DNA of 50,361 bases from Candidatus Binataceae bacterium (GTDB taxonomy: Bacteria; Desulfobacterota; Binatia; Binatales; Binataceae): the NCBI GenBank assembly GCA_024281015.1, contig JAMXLL010000181.1, forward strand, positions 1 to 50,361, written 5' to 3'. Positions 1 through 9,646 of the stretch are shown here, one piece after another (the first letter of the stretch is position 1; every line of letters starts with the position of its first letter). The notes below the pieces were generated by a model. It did not search any database. It was not told the origin of the DNA and saw nothing but the letters and a program-made list of their open reading frames with translations. Made by a program: the position numbers and the translations under genes.

Positions 1-1
1 T

Positions 2-1957
2 ACCAGTTTTCCGCTACATCTGGATATCGAGAGTGAAGCGCGCGCGCCAGCTGGAGCCGAGATTAGCCTATGGGCCGACGGCACAGCGGTCGGCATTCAG
101 CAGGTATCGCTGGCACCAGGCCCGAACCGCTTCGTGCTGCCTTATCGGGTCAGCCACAGTGGTGCGTATTTAATGCAGGCCCAAATCAAGGTTCGGCCAC
201 CTTTACTTGCCGCAAATCCGGCGGCAGAGACCGCGGTTTCGGTGATTGAACCGCCACGCGTGTTGGTCGTCTCGCCCAATCCGCCTGATAGTCTAATCAA
301 GGCTCTCCAATTGCGTAATTACGACGTGCGGACCGCCCCGCCGCACGGTTTGCCGGTTCACGCTCAGGACTACCTGCCGTATCAGGCTGTGATAATCGCC
401 AATGTAGCGTCTGGTGCACTAGACGAGGCAGCGCAGGCCGCCTTGAACCGCTACGTGGCAGATTTTGGCGGTGGTCTGGTCGTCACAGGAGATACGTTGC
501 GGGATTCGCGCTTCCATGGCACCTCGCTGGAAAAGACCTTGCCGGTGACCTTTGAACCACAGCCACCCCCGCCTTCCCGGGAGCCTATCGCCGTATATCT
601 GCTCATCGACCGTTCAAACTCGATGAGTTACAACTCGCGTTATCCAGCGGTCAGGGATGGCGAGCGAATTCATTACGCTAAACAGGCAGCCGTGGCGCTA
701 TTGAACCAACTCGATGATACCGACTACGCCGGAGTGATCGCGTTTGATTCCGAGCCCTACACCCTGGGCCATTTGCGCCCGCTGGGCGAACAACGTGACG
801 AACTCGTCACGCGGGTCCAGCGGCTGGAACCCGGCGGCGGCACCGATTTCAAAGAGGCGCTCGAAATTGCCGAACGTGAGATCGACCAAAGCGGGATTAC
901 AGTGCGCGAAGTAATTCTGCTGACTGACGGCGATACGAACCGCCAGTATCATGACCATGATCAGGAGATGGCGGACTATGCCAAGGATGGAATTCCTGTC
1001 TCGACCATCCGCATTGGTCCTGATTTGGAGAATCTGCGCCTGTTGCAGGATTTCGCACACAGCACGGGCGGCGTCTTTTATCGAGTTGAAGACATAACCA
1101 AATTGCCGCAGTTGCTGGTTCATCTGACCCACGAAGCGGAGAATTTCAAATGGCATGAGCGTTCGCATATCGAGTTCGGCAATCGCAGCGCGATTCTTAG
1201 CGGAATCGCACCCCGCGAATTGCCGCCGCTCGACTTTTTTGCCACGACCCAGGCCAAAGATGGGGCGGAGGTACCGTTGCTCATCCGTAAGGGGCCGCAT
1301 AGCGCACCCCTGCTGGCCACATGGCAGTATGAACTGGGGCGCACCGCCGTGTTTTCGGCAGATCCGGATTCGCTCGGCTCGCTTGCCTGGATGCGGTGGG
1401 AACGCTACGCGCAGTTCTGGTCGCAGCTGGTAAGCTGGGTTGCCCGAGAAGGCGATTCAGGCCCGTTTTCACTGCGCGTGGAGGATTCCAGCGACGGTTC
1501 GCTAGAGTTAGAGGCCCAGAAGGCCGACCCGCTGCCCGTGAGCAATCTCTTCTGTCGAATCACCGGGCCTGGACTCAACAACGATGTAGCGATGAGCCAG
1601 GTTGGCACCTCGACCTACCGCGGCGAGTCGGCGCCATTAAAGCGGGGCAAATACCGGCTAGCCCTGATTGTCAAAGCTGGCGATACGGAACGGGTGCTGT
1701 TGCGGCGCGCCATCGCGGCCCAAGGAGCCGAGGCTCTCGATGCCGCAGAATTGAAGCTCCGGAGCGCGAACGCACCACTGTTGCGCAACATCGCCGTTGA
1801 GACTGGAGGCGAATTCGATGCGCCCGTTTCGAAGATCGTGCGACGCTCCGGCGCCACCATCACTGCCTACCAATCCATCGACCAATTATTGTTGCCGATA
1901 GCTATGGTGGCTTTATTGATGGCAGTCTTCGTTCAACGCCGGCTTTTTGCGGAATAG
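2..1957 (+). CDS. VWA domain-containing membrane protein with glutamine-amidotransferase-like domain (5'-partial)
   Basis: The frame is open from the window start. MIDAS motif LIDRSNSM, GGGT and LLTDG are present. The VWA domain is flanked by GATase-like segments (YVADFGGGLVVTG; YELGRTAVF) and there is a C-terminal TM helix. Confidence 0.8.
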   Translation, partial: TSFPLHLDIESEARAPAGAEISLWADGTAVGIQQVSLAPGPNRFVLPYRVSHSGAYLMQAQIKVRPPLLAANPAAETAVSVIEPPRVLVVSPNPPDSLIKALQLRNYDVRTAPPHGLPVHAQDYLPYQAVIIANVASGALDEAAQAALNRYVADFGGGLVVTGDTLRDSRFHGTSLEKTLPVTFEPQPPPPSREPIAVYLLIDRSNSMSYNSRYPAVRDGERIHYAKQAAVALLNQLDDTDYAGVIAFDSEPYTLGHLRPLGEQRDELVTRVQRLEPGGGTDFKEALEIAEREIDQSGITVREVILLTDGDTNRQYHDHDQEMADYAKDGIPVSTIRIGPDLENLRLLQDFAHSTGGVFYRVEDITKLPQLLVHLTHEAENFKWHERSHIEFGNRSAILSGIAPRELPPLDFFATTQAKDGAEVPLLIRKGPHSAPLLATWQYELGRTAVFSADPDSLGSLAWMRWERYAQFWSQLVSWVAREGDSGPFSLRVEDSSDGSLELEAQKADPLPVSNLFCRITGPGLNNDVAMSQVGTSTYRGESAPLKRGKYRLALIVKAGDTERVLLRRAIAAQGAEALDAAELKLRSANAPLLRNIAVETGGEFDAPVSKIVRRSGATITAYQSIDQLLLPIAMVALLMAVFVQRRLFAE

Positions 1958-2296
1958 GCGCTTCAGGGGGCGTGGTAATGCCGCGCCGCAGCGGTGTCCG
2001 AGCCAGAACTTCCGTGCAGAAATTGGTCTTCGGTAAGACCCCGATTAGCACTCGTTAGCGAGCACATCATGCCCGTATCAGACCTCGCGATCAGATCCTA
2101 TACTTAGAGCTCAGACCGACAAACTGCGATGGCACGCACAGACACGAAATCGCCATCCGCGAGAGTCAGGTGGTCACCCCAAGAGCGCTGAACTGTTTGT
2201 CCCCTCCCGGCTCTTATCAAACCCGCCGTTGGCAGCGCCTGGGCCCGTTGGCGCTGCGCGCAGGCAGTAATTCGACAACCCCCCAATTTCAAACAG

Positions 2297-2509
2297 TCAA
2301 TTTCCGCTTTGGCGCAATTCTTCCAACTGCGCGGCGCCTTGCTGCATACGCCACTGATCAATCGCCTCGACATTGAAGCGCCAATCACTGCCGATCTTAA
2401 AGCCCGGCAATTGACCCTTCTTCAGGAGGCGATAGATGGTGGAGCGATGAACGCGGAGATACTCCGAGAGCTCACTGACCGTGAGAACTTTCGCATCAGA
2501 CAACATCAT
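2297..2509 (-). CDS. Small excisionase-family (HTH_17) helix-turn-helix DNA-binding protein
   Basis: LTVSELSEYLRVHRSTIYRLLKKGQLPGFKIGSDWRF is the typical HTH_17 signature. AAGGA lies upstream of the start. Confidence 0.85.
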   Translation of the reverse strand: MMLSDAKVLTVSELSEYLRVHRSTIYRLLKKGQLPGFKIGSDWRFNVEAIDQWRMQQGAAQLEELRQSGN

Positions 2510-3043
2510 TATCGTCCTTGTAAAAATTTACTAACGAACGTCACCAAGGCAATGATTCCGACGAGCCGAGCAATATCAGTGTGTCGCGGTTCCCTGCTGT
2601 GCTGGATAGTCGCGAATAAACGCCAGTTTCAATCAGCACCGAAAGATTAGGGTCGTGACCGATTCCGGCGTTCTGAACGCTCTCGCTCACCGCGCCACAC
2701 GAGAGTACCGGTTATGGTCAAAACCAACGGTTTCGACGGCTTTGGATTCAGTTTTATTCAAATCGCTCAACTACTCAAGAAAATTTTTCTCGTTTGAGGT
2801 CGGCTACTTTCGAGAAGTTTTCCTGCGGCAGCCGAAGCTCATTTAGCCTTTTCACCTGTCCTTCTTAGCACTTTTTACCTTTGATTACCAAACGCGCGCC
2901 CATGTCTCCATTAAATTCCGTAGAGAACAGGATATCTCGAAATACTGGAGATTTATCGTCGAATCTGGCGACGACTTTGCCCGCTCCACGATTAAGTGGT
3001 AGTGAACGTTGAGAGGACTTCCCTCGTGAGGACTTTAGATAGG

Positions 3044-3604
3044 ATGGATCGTAAAGGAGTACATCATCTTGGCCTGGCAACGCTAGATATCGATCGTACG
3101 ATCGACTTCTACACCAAAATCCTCGGCTGGAAAGTGGCATGGTGCGATATTCTCGAACCACCAGGTGGCGGTCGAATCAAACACGCCTTCATGGATACCG
3201 GTGACGGCACCCTGGTCGCATTCATGTGCCCCGAGCAAGTTCAGGGAATTCCTCAGGAATTCAAGACCGATATCAACAGCGCGCAAAACCTGCCTCCGGC
3301 CTTTTACCACTTCGCATTCAATTGCGATTCAGTCAAAGAACTCGAACACAGACGCGAAGAACTGCTCAAGCACGGTATCGATGTTACTCCCGTGGTTGAT
3401 CATGAATGGTGCCGCTCAATTTATTTCAATGATCCCAACGGGCTGCTGCTGGAGTTTTGTACAACAGTCCGAGCGTTCAACGACGATGACAAGATAATGA
3501 AACATCACGAACAGCCGGGTCCGATGGTAAGCAACCCTGAGGAAGCTCGCAAAGTTCGAGAGAAATTGATGGGACGGCCTCAGGCGCATCCCGCCCGAGC
3601 ATAG
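3044..3604 (+). CDS. VOC/glyoxalase family protein
   Basis: GVHHLGL...FYTKILG, YHFAF and SIYFNDPNGLLLE motifs. Start moved to ATG 3044, downstream of GAGGA. Confidence 0.88.
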   Translation: MDRKGVHHLGLATLDIDRTIDFYTKILGWKVAWCDILEPPGGGRIKHAFMDTGDGTLVAFMCPEQVQGIPQEFKTDINSAQNLPPAFYHFAFNCDSVKELEHRREELLKHGIDVTPVVDHEWCRSIYFNDPNGLLLEFCTTVRAFNDDDKIMKHHEQPGPMVSNPEEARKVREKLMGRPQAHPARA

Positions 3605-3625
3605 ACCCCGAGCAGAGAAAAGAGC

Positions 3626-4309
3626 ATGCCTGAAACAGACCTGTTCGAGATTATGTACAGCGCCGGGTCAATTCGGCGCCTACGATCCGATCCAGTCCCG
3701 GATGAGATCATCACCAAAATCCTCGACGCTGCGATCCGAGCGCCTTCGGGTAGCAATGCTCAGTCTTGGGTTTTTATCGTCGTCAAGGATCCTCAGACGC
3801 GCAAACAACTCGGGGCAGTCTATCGGAAGGCCTCGGACATTCTGATGAAGTTATATGCTGGTGCGGCGCGCCCATCGCACATCGACGAGAATAAATACCA
3901 ACGGTTTATGGGAGCGGTTACCCACCTTTTCGAGCACATGGGTGATGCGCCGGTATTGTTGGTGCCGTGTCTGAGGGCGTCGATGTGGACGGGTGCATCG
4001 AATCTTCCACCCGAGGTCAAAACGCGAATTGCGGGTGCCGCGCGGCTCGCAGGTTCGAGCATCTACCCCGCCGTCCAAAACATAATTCTTGCCTGCCGAG
4101 CTTTCGGACTTGGCACCGTCCTCACAACGATTCATGCATTCTTTGAAGAAGAGGTGCGCGAGATATTAAAGCTGCCGGCCGACCTGCAGACTTTCGCGCT
4201 AATGCCGATCGGTTATCCGCAGGGCCATCATTATCCAGTCAAGCGTAAGCCGGTTAACCAGGTCGCCTGCCTCGACCACTACGGCAATCAGTGGCCTCAT
4301 AACATGTAG
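3626..4309 (+). CDS. Nitroreductase family flavoprotein
   Basis: SIRRL, APSGSNAQSW, QNIILACRAFGLGT and PIGYP motifs. Confidence 0.9.
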   Translation: MPETDLFEIMYSAGSIRRLRSDPVPDEIITKILDAAIRAPSGSNAQSWVFIVVKDPQTRKQLGAVYRKASDILMKLYAGAARPSHIDENKYQRFMGAVTHLFEHMGDAPVLLVPCLRASMWTGASNLPPEVKTRIAGAARLAGSSIYPAVQNIILACRAFGLGTVLTTIHAFFEEEVREILKLPADLQTFALMPIGYPQGHHYPVKRKPVNQVACLDHYGNQWPHNM

Positions 4310-4360
4310 GGCACTCCCAGCTTAACTTGCCAGCGTGGCTGAGATGAAAGGGAATCCTTA

Positions 4361-5623
4361 ATGTCCCAGGCAAACCCGGCCAAACCACGACCGCTCCAGG
4401 GAATTCGCGTCATCGATTTGACCAAAATCGTCGCCGGGCCGAATGCGACGCGAATGCTGGCAACGATGGGCGCTGAGGTCATTCGGGTCGAATGGCACGA
4501 TCAGCGCGCCCTGGACATGTTGCGAATGGTCCGGCCCAGCGTACCGGGCGGCGCCCCGGATAGCCTCAATCGCAGCGGCCTGTTCAACAACCTCAACGCC
4601 GGAAAGTACGGCATCACGCTCAACATGAGTCTTCCGCAGGGACGCGATCTCTTTAAACGTCTCATCGCCAAAGCGTCGGTGCTGTGCGAGAACTACAGTC
4701 CTGACCAAATGGAAAGCTGGGATCTTGGCTACTCGACACTGAGCGAAATCAACCCCGGACTGATTTACCTGCAGATCACCGGGATGGGCAAATCCGGCAC
4801 CTACCACGCGTATCGAAGTGTCGGACCTACCGCCCAGGCGCTTTCGGGGTTGACCCACATGTCGGGATTGCCGGAGCCGATGCCCCCGGCCGGGTGGGGT
4901 TATTCATATCTCGACCATTCGACCGGCTATTATGGGGCGATATTCGTCCTCGCGGCGCTGATGAAGCGCCGGCGCACCGGGCGCGGCTGTTATATCGATC
5001 TGTCGCAGACCGAAACCGGGCTGATGTTGTCCGGTACCGCGACTCTCGAAGCACAAGTTACTGGCCAACCCACGCGCCGCGATGGTAACCGCATGCGCTT
5101 TGCGCAATGGGTGCCTCATGGCGCCTTTCGATGCCGCGGGAGCGATGAGTGGATTGCCATCGCAATTCAGGACGATGAGCAATGGGCCCAATTGGTGAAC
5201 GAGATTGGATCGGAATGGGCGCGAGCCTCTCGTTTTGCTAGTGCTGCCGGACGCAAAAATCATGAAGATGAATTGGAGCGCTTGCTGACCGAGTTCACCA
5301 AAGACCAGGACCGTTACGACCTGATGGAACGATTGCAGCGCCGTGGAATTCCGGCAGGTCCCGTGCAGAATGCCGCCGATCGCTGCGATCGCGACCCTCA
5401 ACTTAAACAACGCGAGTATTTTACTCTATTGCCTCAGAGTGAAATTGGGACCTGGCCGATCGAGGATTTCCCGGCGAAATTCCAATATACCCCCGTAAAC
5501 GTCGGTGGCCCGCCCGGTCGTGCTTCGCCCTCGATGGGCGAAGACAACGAATATGTTTATCGAGAGATCCTTGGACTTACCGCCGAGGAATTCGCTGCGC
5601 TGAAGGAGGACTGGATAATTTGA
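4361..5623 (+). CDS. Class III CoA-transferase (CaiB/BaiF family), catalytic-type subunit
   Basis: PLQGIRVIDLT...AGP, GAEVIRVE, NAGK and ENY motifs. Asp is retained in SYLDHSTG. Confidence 0.9.
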   Translation: MSQANPAKPRPLQGIRVIDLTKIVAGPNATRMLATMGAEVIRVEWHDQRALDMLRMVRPSVPGGAPDSLNRSGLFNNLNAGKYGITLNMSLPQGRDLFKRLIAKASVLCENYSPDQMESWDLGYSTLSEINPGLIYLQITGMGKSGTYHAYRSVGPTAQALSGLTHMSGLPEPMPPAGWGYSYLDHSTGYYGAIFVLAALMKRRRTGRGCYIDLSQTETGLMLSGTATLEAQVTGQPTRRDGNRMRFAQWVPHGAFRCRGSDEWIAIAIQDDEQWAQLVNEIGSEWARASRFASAAGRKNHEDELERLLTEFTKDQDRYDLMERLQRRGIPAGPVQNAADRCDRDPQLKQREYFTLLPQSEIGTWPIEDFPAKFQYTPVNVGGPPGRASPSMGEDNEYVYREILGLTAEEFAALKEDWII

Positions 5624-6885
5624 CTATCGAAGCGGCATTGAGTTCGGCGCTCGAAGGATCTGTCGTACTAGAAGGCGGTGATGAACGCGGGGAGTTCGCC
5701 GGAATGCTCCTGGCGATGCTCGGTGCCGAAGTGATCAAGCTCGAAGGAAAGAGCGGCTCCCATTCCCGCAGCATCGGACCATTTGCCAGCTCCGGACGCG
5801 ATCCTGAGCGGAGCCTGTACTTCTCACGCTATAACCTGGGTAAGAAAAGTATCAGTCTTGAACTCGAGCATCCTGATGCCGCCCAGATCCGCCATCGCAT
5901 GGCGAGCCGTACAGATATCGTTCTCGATTCCGGCCAAGCGAAAGACATCGAGCGACGGCTAATACTCTGGCGCGAGATGCAGCAAGTCAATCCACGCCTG
6001 ATCATCTGCACAATCACTCCCTTTGGCCTCGACGGTCCATATCGCGACCTCCAAATGACCGACTTGATCCAGCTGGCGATGGGCGGTGTGATGGCGTCAT
6101 GCGGCTATGACCCGCAACCGGACGGCACTTACGATACGCCGCCGATCGCGCCGGCGATGTGGCAGGCATATCACATCGCTTGCGGACACGCGATTCTGGC
6201 AATTTTGGCGGCGCTCCATTTTCGAGAGCTGGCTAACATCGGCGATTTCATCGATCTTTCCATTCACGAGGCCGTGAGCAACTGCACCGAAGTGGCGATG
6301 CCGAGCTTTATCTACAATAAGGCAATTGTGCAGAGGCAAACCGGACGTCACGCAGCTGAGCATGTTACGCGGCCGTGGCTTCGCCGGACTAACGATGGAC
6401 GCTATGTCAAGGCGTTCATGTTTTGGAGCCGGCACGAAGCGAGGGTAATTGGCGAGATGCTCAAAGACGCCGGAATAGAGCACGACCTCGATACTGACGC
6501 TTACCGGCAGTTGTGCGAGCGATCGCCGTCGTCCGGCCATGCTCATTTGAATGAACTGGTAGACCGCCTCGCCGCATCAATGTCAGCAGATGAATTATTT
6601 CATCGGGCGCAGGCCAAGGGTCTGTTGTGGGCGAGCGTCAGAACACCTGAGGAGAATATCGTCGACCCTCACTTCCGCGCGCGCGGCACGTTCAAACGGC
6701 TCGATGATAACGCCAGCGGGCAGGCGATCTATTACCCGGTATCATTCGCGACGGACGGCCAGGAACCACTAACCACCTTCAAGTGCGGCGCCCCTCGCCT
6801 GGGCGAACACACGCGCCAGATACTGTCCAGCTTGGGCTTCGATGATGGCGAGATTAATCTTTTCGCGAGTAAGGACGCGATATAG
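5620..6885 (+). CDS. Class III CoA-transferase (CaiB/BaiF family), BbsE-like subunit
   Basis: LGAEVIKLE, YNLGKKSI, ITPFGLDGPY and APRLGEHT motifs. The TTG start overlaps the upstream stop by 4 nt. Confidence 0.85.
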   Translation: MTIEAALSSALEGSVVLEGGDERGEFAGMLLAMLGAEVIKLEGKSGSHSRSIGPFASSGRDPERSLYFSRYNLGKKSISLELEHPDAAQIRHRMASRTDIVLDSGQAKDIERRLILWREMQQVNPRLIICTITPFGLDGPYRDLQMTDLIQLAMGGVMASCGYDPQPDGTYDTPPIAPAMWQAYHIACGHAILAILAALHFRELANIGDFIDLSIHEAVSNCTEVAMPSFIYNKAIVQRQTGRHAAEHVTRPWLRRTNDGRYVKAFMFWSRHEARVIGEMLKDAGIEHDLDTDAYRQLCERSPSSGHAHLNELVDRLAASMSADELFHRAQAKGLLWASVRTPEENIVDPHFRARGTFKRLDDNASGQAIYYPVSFATDGQEPLTTFKCGAPRLGEHTRQILSSLGFDDGEINLFASKDAI

Positions 6886-6910
6886 CAACCCAACTCGCGC
6901 TGGTCAGAGC

Positions 6911-7627
6911 TTACGGCATCATCGACGAACCCCCGGAAGTCGCAGGCGATGATGAGAATGGTGCGGCACCCATCGCGCCTGGCTGTCGCGGGGTCATGGC
7001 GGACGGCGTGCGCTGTGGCGGCAACGGCGCCGTTGCCATTCCTGTAACTGAGTTAGGGCCCTGTGACGCCTGTGTTTCGGGGGGCGGCCTGGTCCAATTG
7101 TACTCAGGTTTGGGAACCGCCGTGGCAGTTGGCGGTATTGGAGTGGTGTCAGACGTTTTGATGTATGCAGTTGACGGTGCGGGCGAAGCAAGCCGGGCTG
7201 GTGCGATTGACTGGAATTGCCATAAGCGCTGCGGTGCGAGCGGGGCCTGTTCTTTGACATGGCCCAGATCAATCGCTGATCGGTCCACTACAATCGAGTT
7301 CAGCAGCACAACACCTGTCTCGGTCCGCAGCCGATACATCCCGGGCGGCAGACTTGCCCGAAATGAACCGTCAGAGTGGGTTGGCGACAGGAAAATATCA
7401 CCGGTAATGACATTCTGAAAATGTAAATCGCGGCTGGCTAGCGGGACCGAACCTTCGTATTCCGTCAACACGCCGCTTACGCGCGCCGCGATAGCATCAA
7501 GAGGTGAAGCCCCGAGCGCGACAGCAGCTACGAGTATTGCGGCAGCCCAAGCTTGTGTGAGGTTTGAGCGGATAACCTTGATCCGGCCAAGTCCAGCCGT
7601 GTTCGTACTCGAAAGGCTGCGCTTCAT
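6911..7627 (-). CDS. Hypothetical exported protein with a carboxypeptidase-regulatory-like beta domain and Pro-rich tail
   Basis: Hydrophobic signal-like segment (AAAILVAAVALGASPLDAIA), then VSGVL...THSDGSFRASLPPGMYRL, then a low-complexity P/T/A C-terminus. Confidence 0.6.
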   Translation of the reverse strand: MKRSLSSTNTAGLGRIKVIRSNLTQAWAAAILVAAVALGASPLDAIAARVSGVLTEYEGSVPLASRDLHFQNVITGDIFLSPTHSDGSFRASLPPGMYRLRTETGVVLLNSIVVDRSAIDLGHVKEQAPLAPQRLWQFQSIAPARLASPAPSTAYIKTSDTTPIPPTATAVPKPEYNWTRPPPETQASQGPNSVTGMATAPLPPQRTPSAMTPRQPGAMGAAPFSSSPATSGGSSMMP

Positions 7628-7671
7628 GCTTTATCCTGAGGTCAGCAACAAGTGAATTGTGAGGAACGACG

Positions 7672-8022
7672 ATGGACCATGTAACCCTTTACCATAATCC
7701 CGCCTGTAGCCACTCGCGCGGCGCCTTGGCACTGCTGACTGAACGCGGCGTTGTTTTTGATACGATCGAGTATCTTAAAACTCCACCCACACGCGAAGCG
7801 CTCGAGGGAATTATCGGCATGCTGGAAGGTCCGGTCGCTGATATGGTGCGCAAGGACAAGCGGTTTGAGGAGCTTAAGTTAAATGCCTCTGACTACACCA
7901 CCAGGGAAACCGTTGTACCATTGCTCCTACAGCATCCGGAGTTGATGCAACGCCCGATCGTGATTCGCGGCGGCCGCGCTGTCATCGCGCGTCCCGCCAA
8001 CCTGCTGGAAAATCTCTTCTAG
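7672..8022 (+). CDS. Arsenate reductase, ArsC (glutaredoxin-type) family
   Basis: YHNPACSHSR, IEYLKTPP, LMQRPIV and IARP motifs. GAGGA SD upstream. Confidence 0.85.
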   Translation: MDHVTLYHNPACSHSRGALALLTERGVVFDTIEYLKTPPTREALEGIIGMLEGPVADMVRKDKRFEELKLNASDYTTRETVVPLLLQHPELMQRPIVIRGGRAVIARPANLLENLF

Positions 8023-8064
8023 CGATGGCAGCGGACACACGCGAATCGGGCTCGCGACCTACAC

Positions 8065-8253
8065 TCAAGCGCGCTTCTGGACGCGCCCGCTTCTAAGACA
8101 CCGGGTACAGACCAGGACACGTTTGACACCGCTAGGCGCGGCGGCGCGCACTTCCTGAAGATTAGGGTTCCATCGTCGCTTCGTCTTGTTGTTGGCGTGG
8201 CTGACGTTGTTGCCGACCGAGGGCCGCTTACCGCAAATCGCACAATGTCTCAT
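8065..8253 (-). CDS. rpmB: 50S ribosomal protein L28 (Cys-containing, zinc-binding type)
   Basis: [33 protein letters not shown]...VCTRCLRSG. Confidence 0.97.
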   Translation of the reverse strand: MRHCAICGKRPSVGNNVSHANNKTKRRWNPNLQEVRAAAPSGVKRVLVCTRCLRSGRVQKRA

Positions 8254-8357
8254 TGTTGAATTTTCTACCCTCGCCCGCATATGGCGGGCCAGCTGACTTG
8301 TTCAACTTAGCGGGGCTGGGATTGATATTAAAGAGGGGGCATTCGAGGCGAGGCGCC

Positions 8358-8386
8358 TTGACTCCTATCCGCGCCTCCGATATTGA
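8358..8386 (+). promoter_or_regulatory. Putative sigma70-type promoter for the aminotransferase-serA-purA operon
   Basis: TTGACT-N17-TATTGA, with an imperfect -10 box. Confidence 0.45.
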
Positions 8387-8428
8387 ATTCACGGTAAGTA
8401 GCTGTCCGCCCATCAATACCGCATTTGG

Positions 8429-8470
8429 GGTCTGGCGTCCGGAAGAAAGGCCGGCACCAGGCTTTTTTTT
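8429..8470 (+). terminator. Intrinsic terminator-like hairpin in the 5' leader (probable attenuator)
   Basis: GGTCTGG...CCGG-loop-CCGG...CCAGGCT runs into a T8 tract that ends 20 nt before the GTG start. Confidence 0.6.
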
Positions 8471-8490
8471 GAGTAAACCCGCGTTCTCTC

Positions 8491-9642
8491 GTGAAACAGC
8501 CTACCAAACAATATCTGTTTACCCCCGGTCCCGTTGCGGTTCCGCCGGAGGTATTGCTGGAAATGGCGCAGCCACTGATCCATCATCGCACTCCCCAATT
8601 CAGTGCGGTCCTGGATTCGGTCCGACAGAACCTGAAGCCGCTATTCGGTACTGGTCAGGAGATAATCCTACTGGCTTCGAGTGGTACGGGTGCGATGGAG
8701 GCGGTGGTCGCCAACCTGCTCGATCCCGCCGATGAGGCTATTTATGTCAATGGCGGTAAATTCGGTGAACGCTGGGGCAAGCTTATTGCCGCGCATGGTG
8801 CCGTTCCACATGAGGTCAAGGTCGAATGGGGCCGCAGCGTCTACCCCACAGACATCGAACATGCACTCGCAATAAATCCGGCCACTCGCGCAGTTTTCGT
8901 CCAGGCTAGCGAAACCTCGACAGGAGCCCTTCATCCGATTGACGAAATCGGCAAGATCACGCATAGGCGCGGGGTGTTGCTGGTGGTCGACGGCATCACC
9001 TCGGTTGGCGTCTTCGAGCAGAAGATGGACGAATGGGGGGTCGACGCCTTCGTCACTGGCAGTCAAAAAGCGCTCATGGTCCCCCCCGGACTGGCAATGG
9101 TTACACTTTCGGAGCAGGCGTGGGGCCGTGTCGGGAAGTGCCGAGGAAGGCGCTATTATTTCGACCTCGAGCGTGAACTGAAAGCGCAGCGCGACGAGCA
9201 CACGACCGCGTACACTCCTGCGGTCGGGCTCGTGTTAGGGCTGAACAAGGCACTTGAACTCATAAGCGCGGAAACCTTGCCCCGAGTGTTTGCACGGCAG
9301 CAAATGATGGCGGAGGCGACGCGCGCGTCGGCACGAGCGCTCGGCTTGCAACTGTTTGCCGACAATCCTGCCCCCGGCCTGACCGCGATGATAACACCCC
9401 AGGGGATTGATAGCGGCAAAGTAGTCCGCTGCATGCGCGATGAGCTTGGCGTCTGGGTACAGGGAGGCCAGGACCACATGAAGGGCCAACTAATCCGCAT
9501 CGGCCACATGGGTTATCTCTCTCCCTTTGACATGCTGACCGCGGTCAGCGCGCTCGAAATCGCGCTGGCCAAAGCAGGCCATGTTTTCGAATCCGGCACC
9601 GGAGTGGCGGCGGTGCAAACACGTATCAGTCGGGGTATGTGA
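8491..9642 (+). CDS. Class V PLP aminotransferase (alanine-glyoxylate/serine-pyruvate family), probable alternative phosphoserine aminotransferase
   Basis: FTPGP, HHRT, SSGTGAME, SETSTG, VDGITS, GSQKALMVPPG (PLP Lys) and RIGHMG motifs. Lies directly upstream of serA. Confidence 0.9.
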   Translation: MKQPTKQYLFTPGPVAVPPEVLLEMAQPLIHHRTPQFSAVLDSVRQNLKPLFGTGQEIILLASSGTGAMEAVVANLLDPADEAIYVNGGKFGERWGKLIAAHGAVPHEVKVEWGRSVYPTDIEHALAINPATRAVFVQASETSTGALHPIDEIGKITHRRGVLLVVDGITSVGVFEQKMDEWGVDAFVTGSQKALMVPPGLAMVTLSEQAWGRVGKCRGRRYYFDLERELKAQRDEHTTAYTPAVGLVLGLNKALELISAETLPRVFARQQMMAEATRASARALGLQLFADNPAPGLTAMITPQGIDSGKVVRCMRDELGVWVQGGQDHMKGQLIRIGHMGYLSPFDMLTAVSALEIALAKAGHVFESGTGVAAVQTRISRGM

Positions 9643-9646
9643 CAGT

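Noticed and set aside
7672-8022. Arsenic-resistance operon
   Set aside because: The arsC-family gene stands alone, with no arsR, arsB or acr3.
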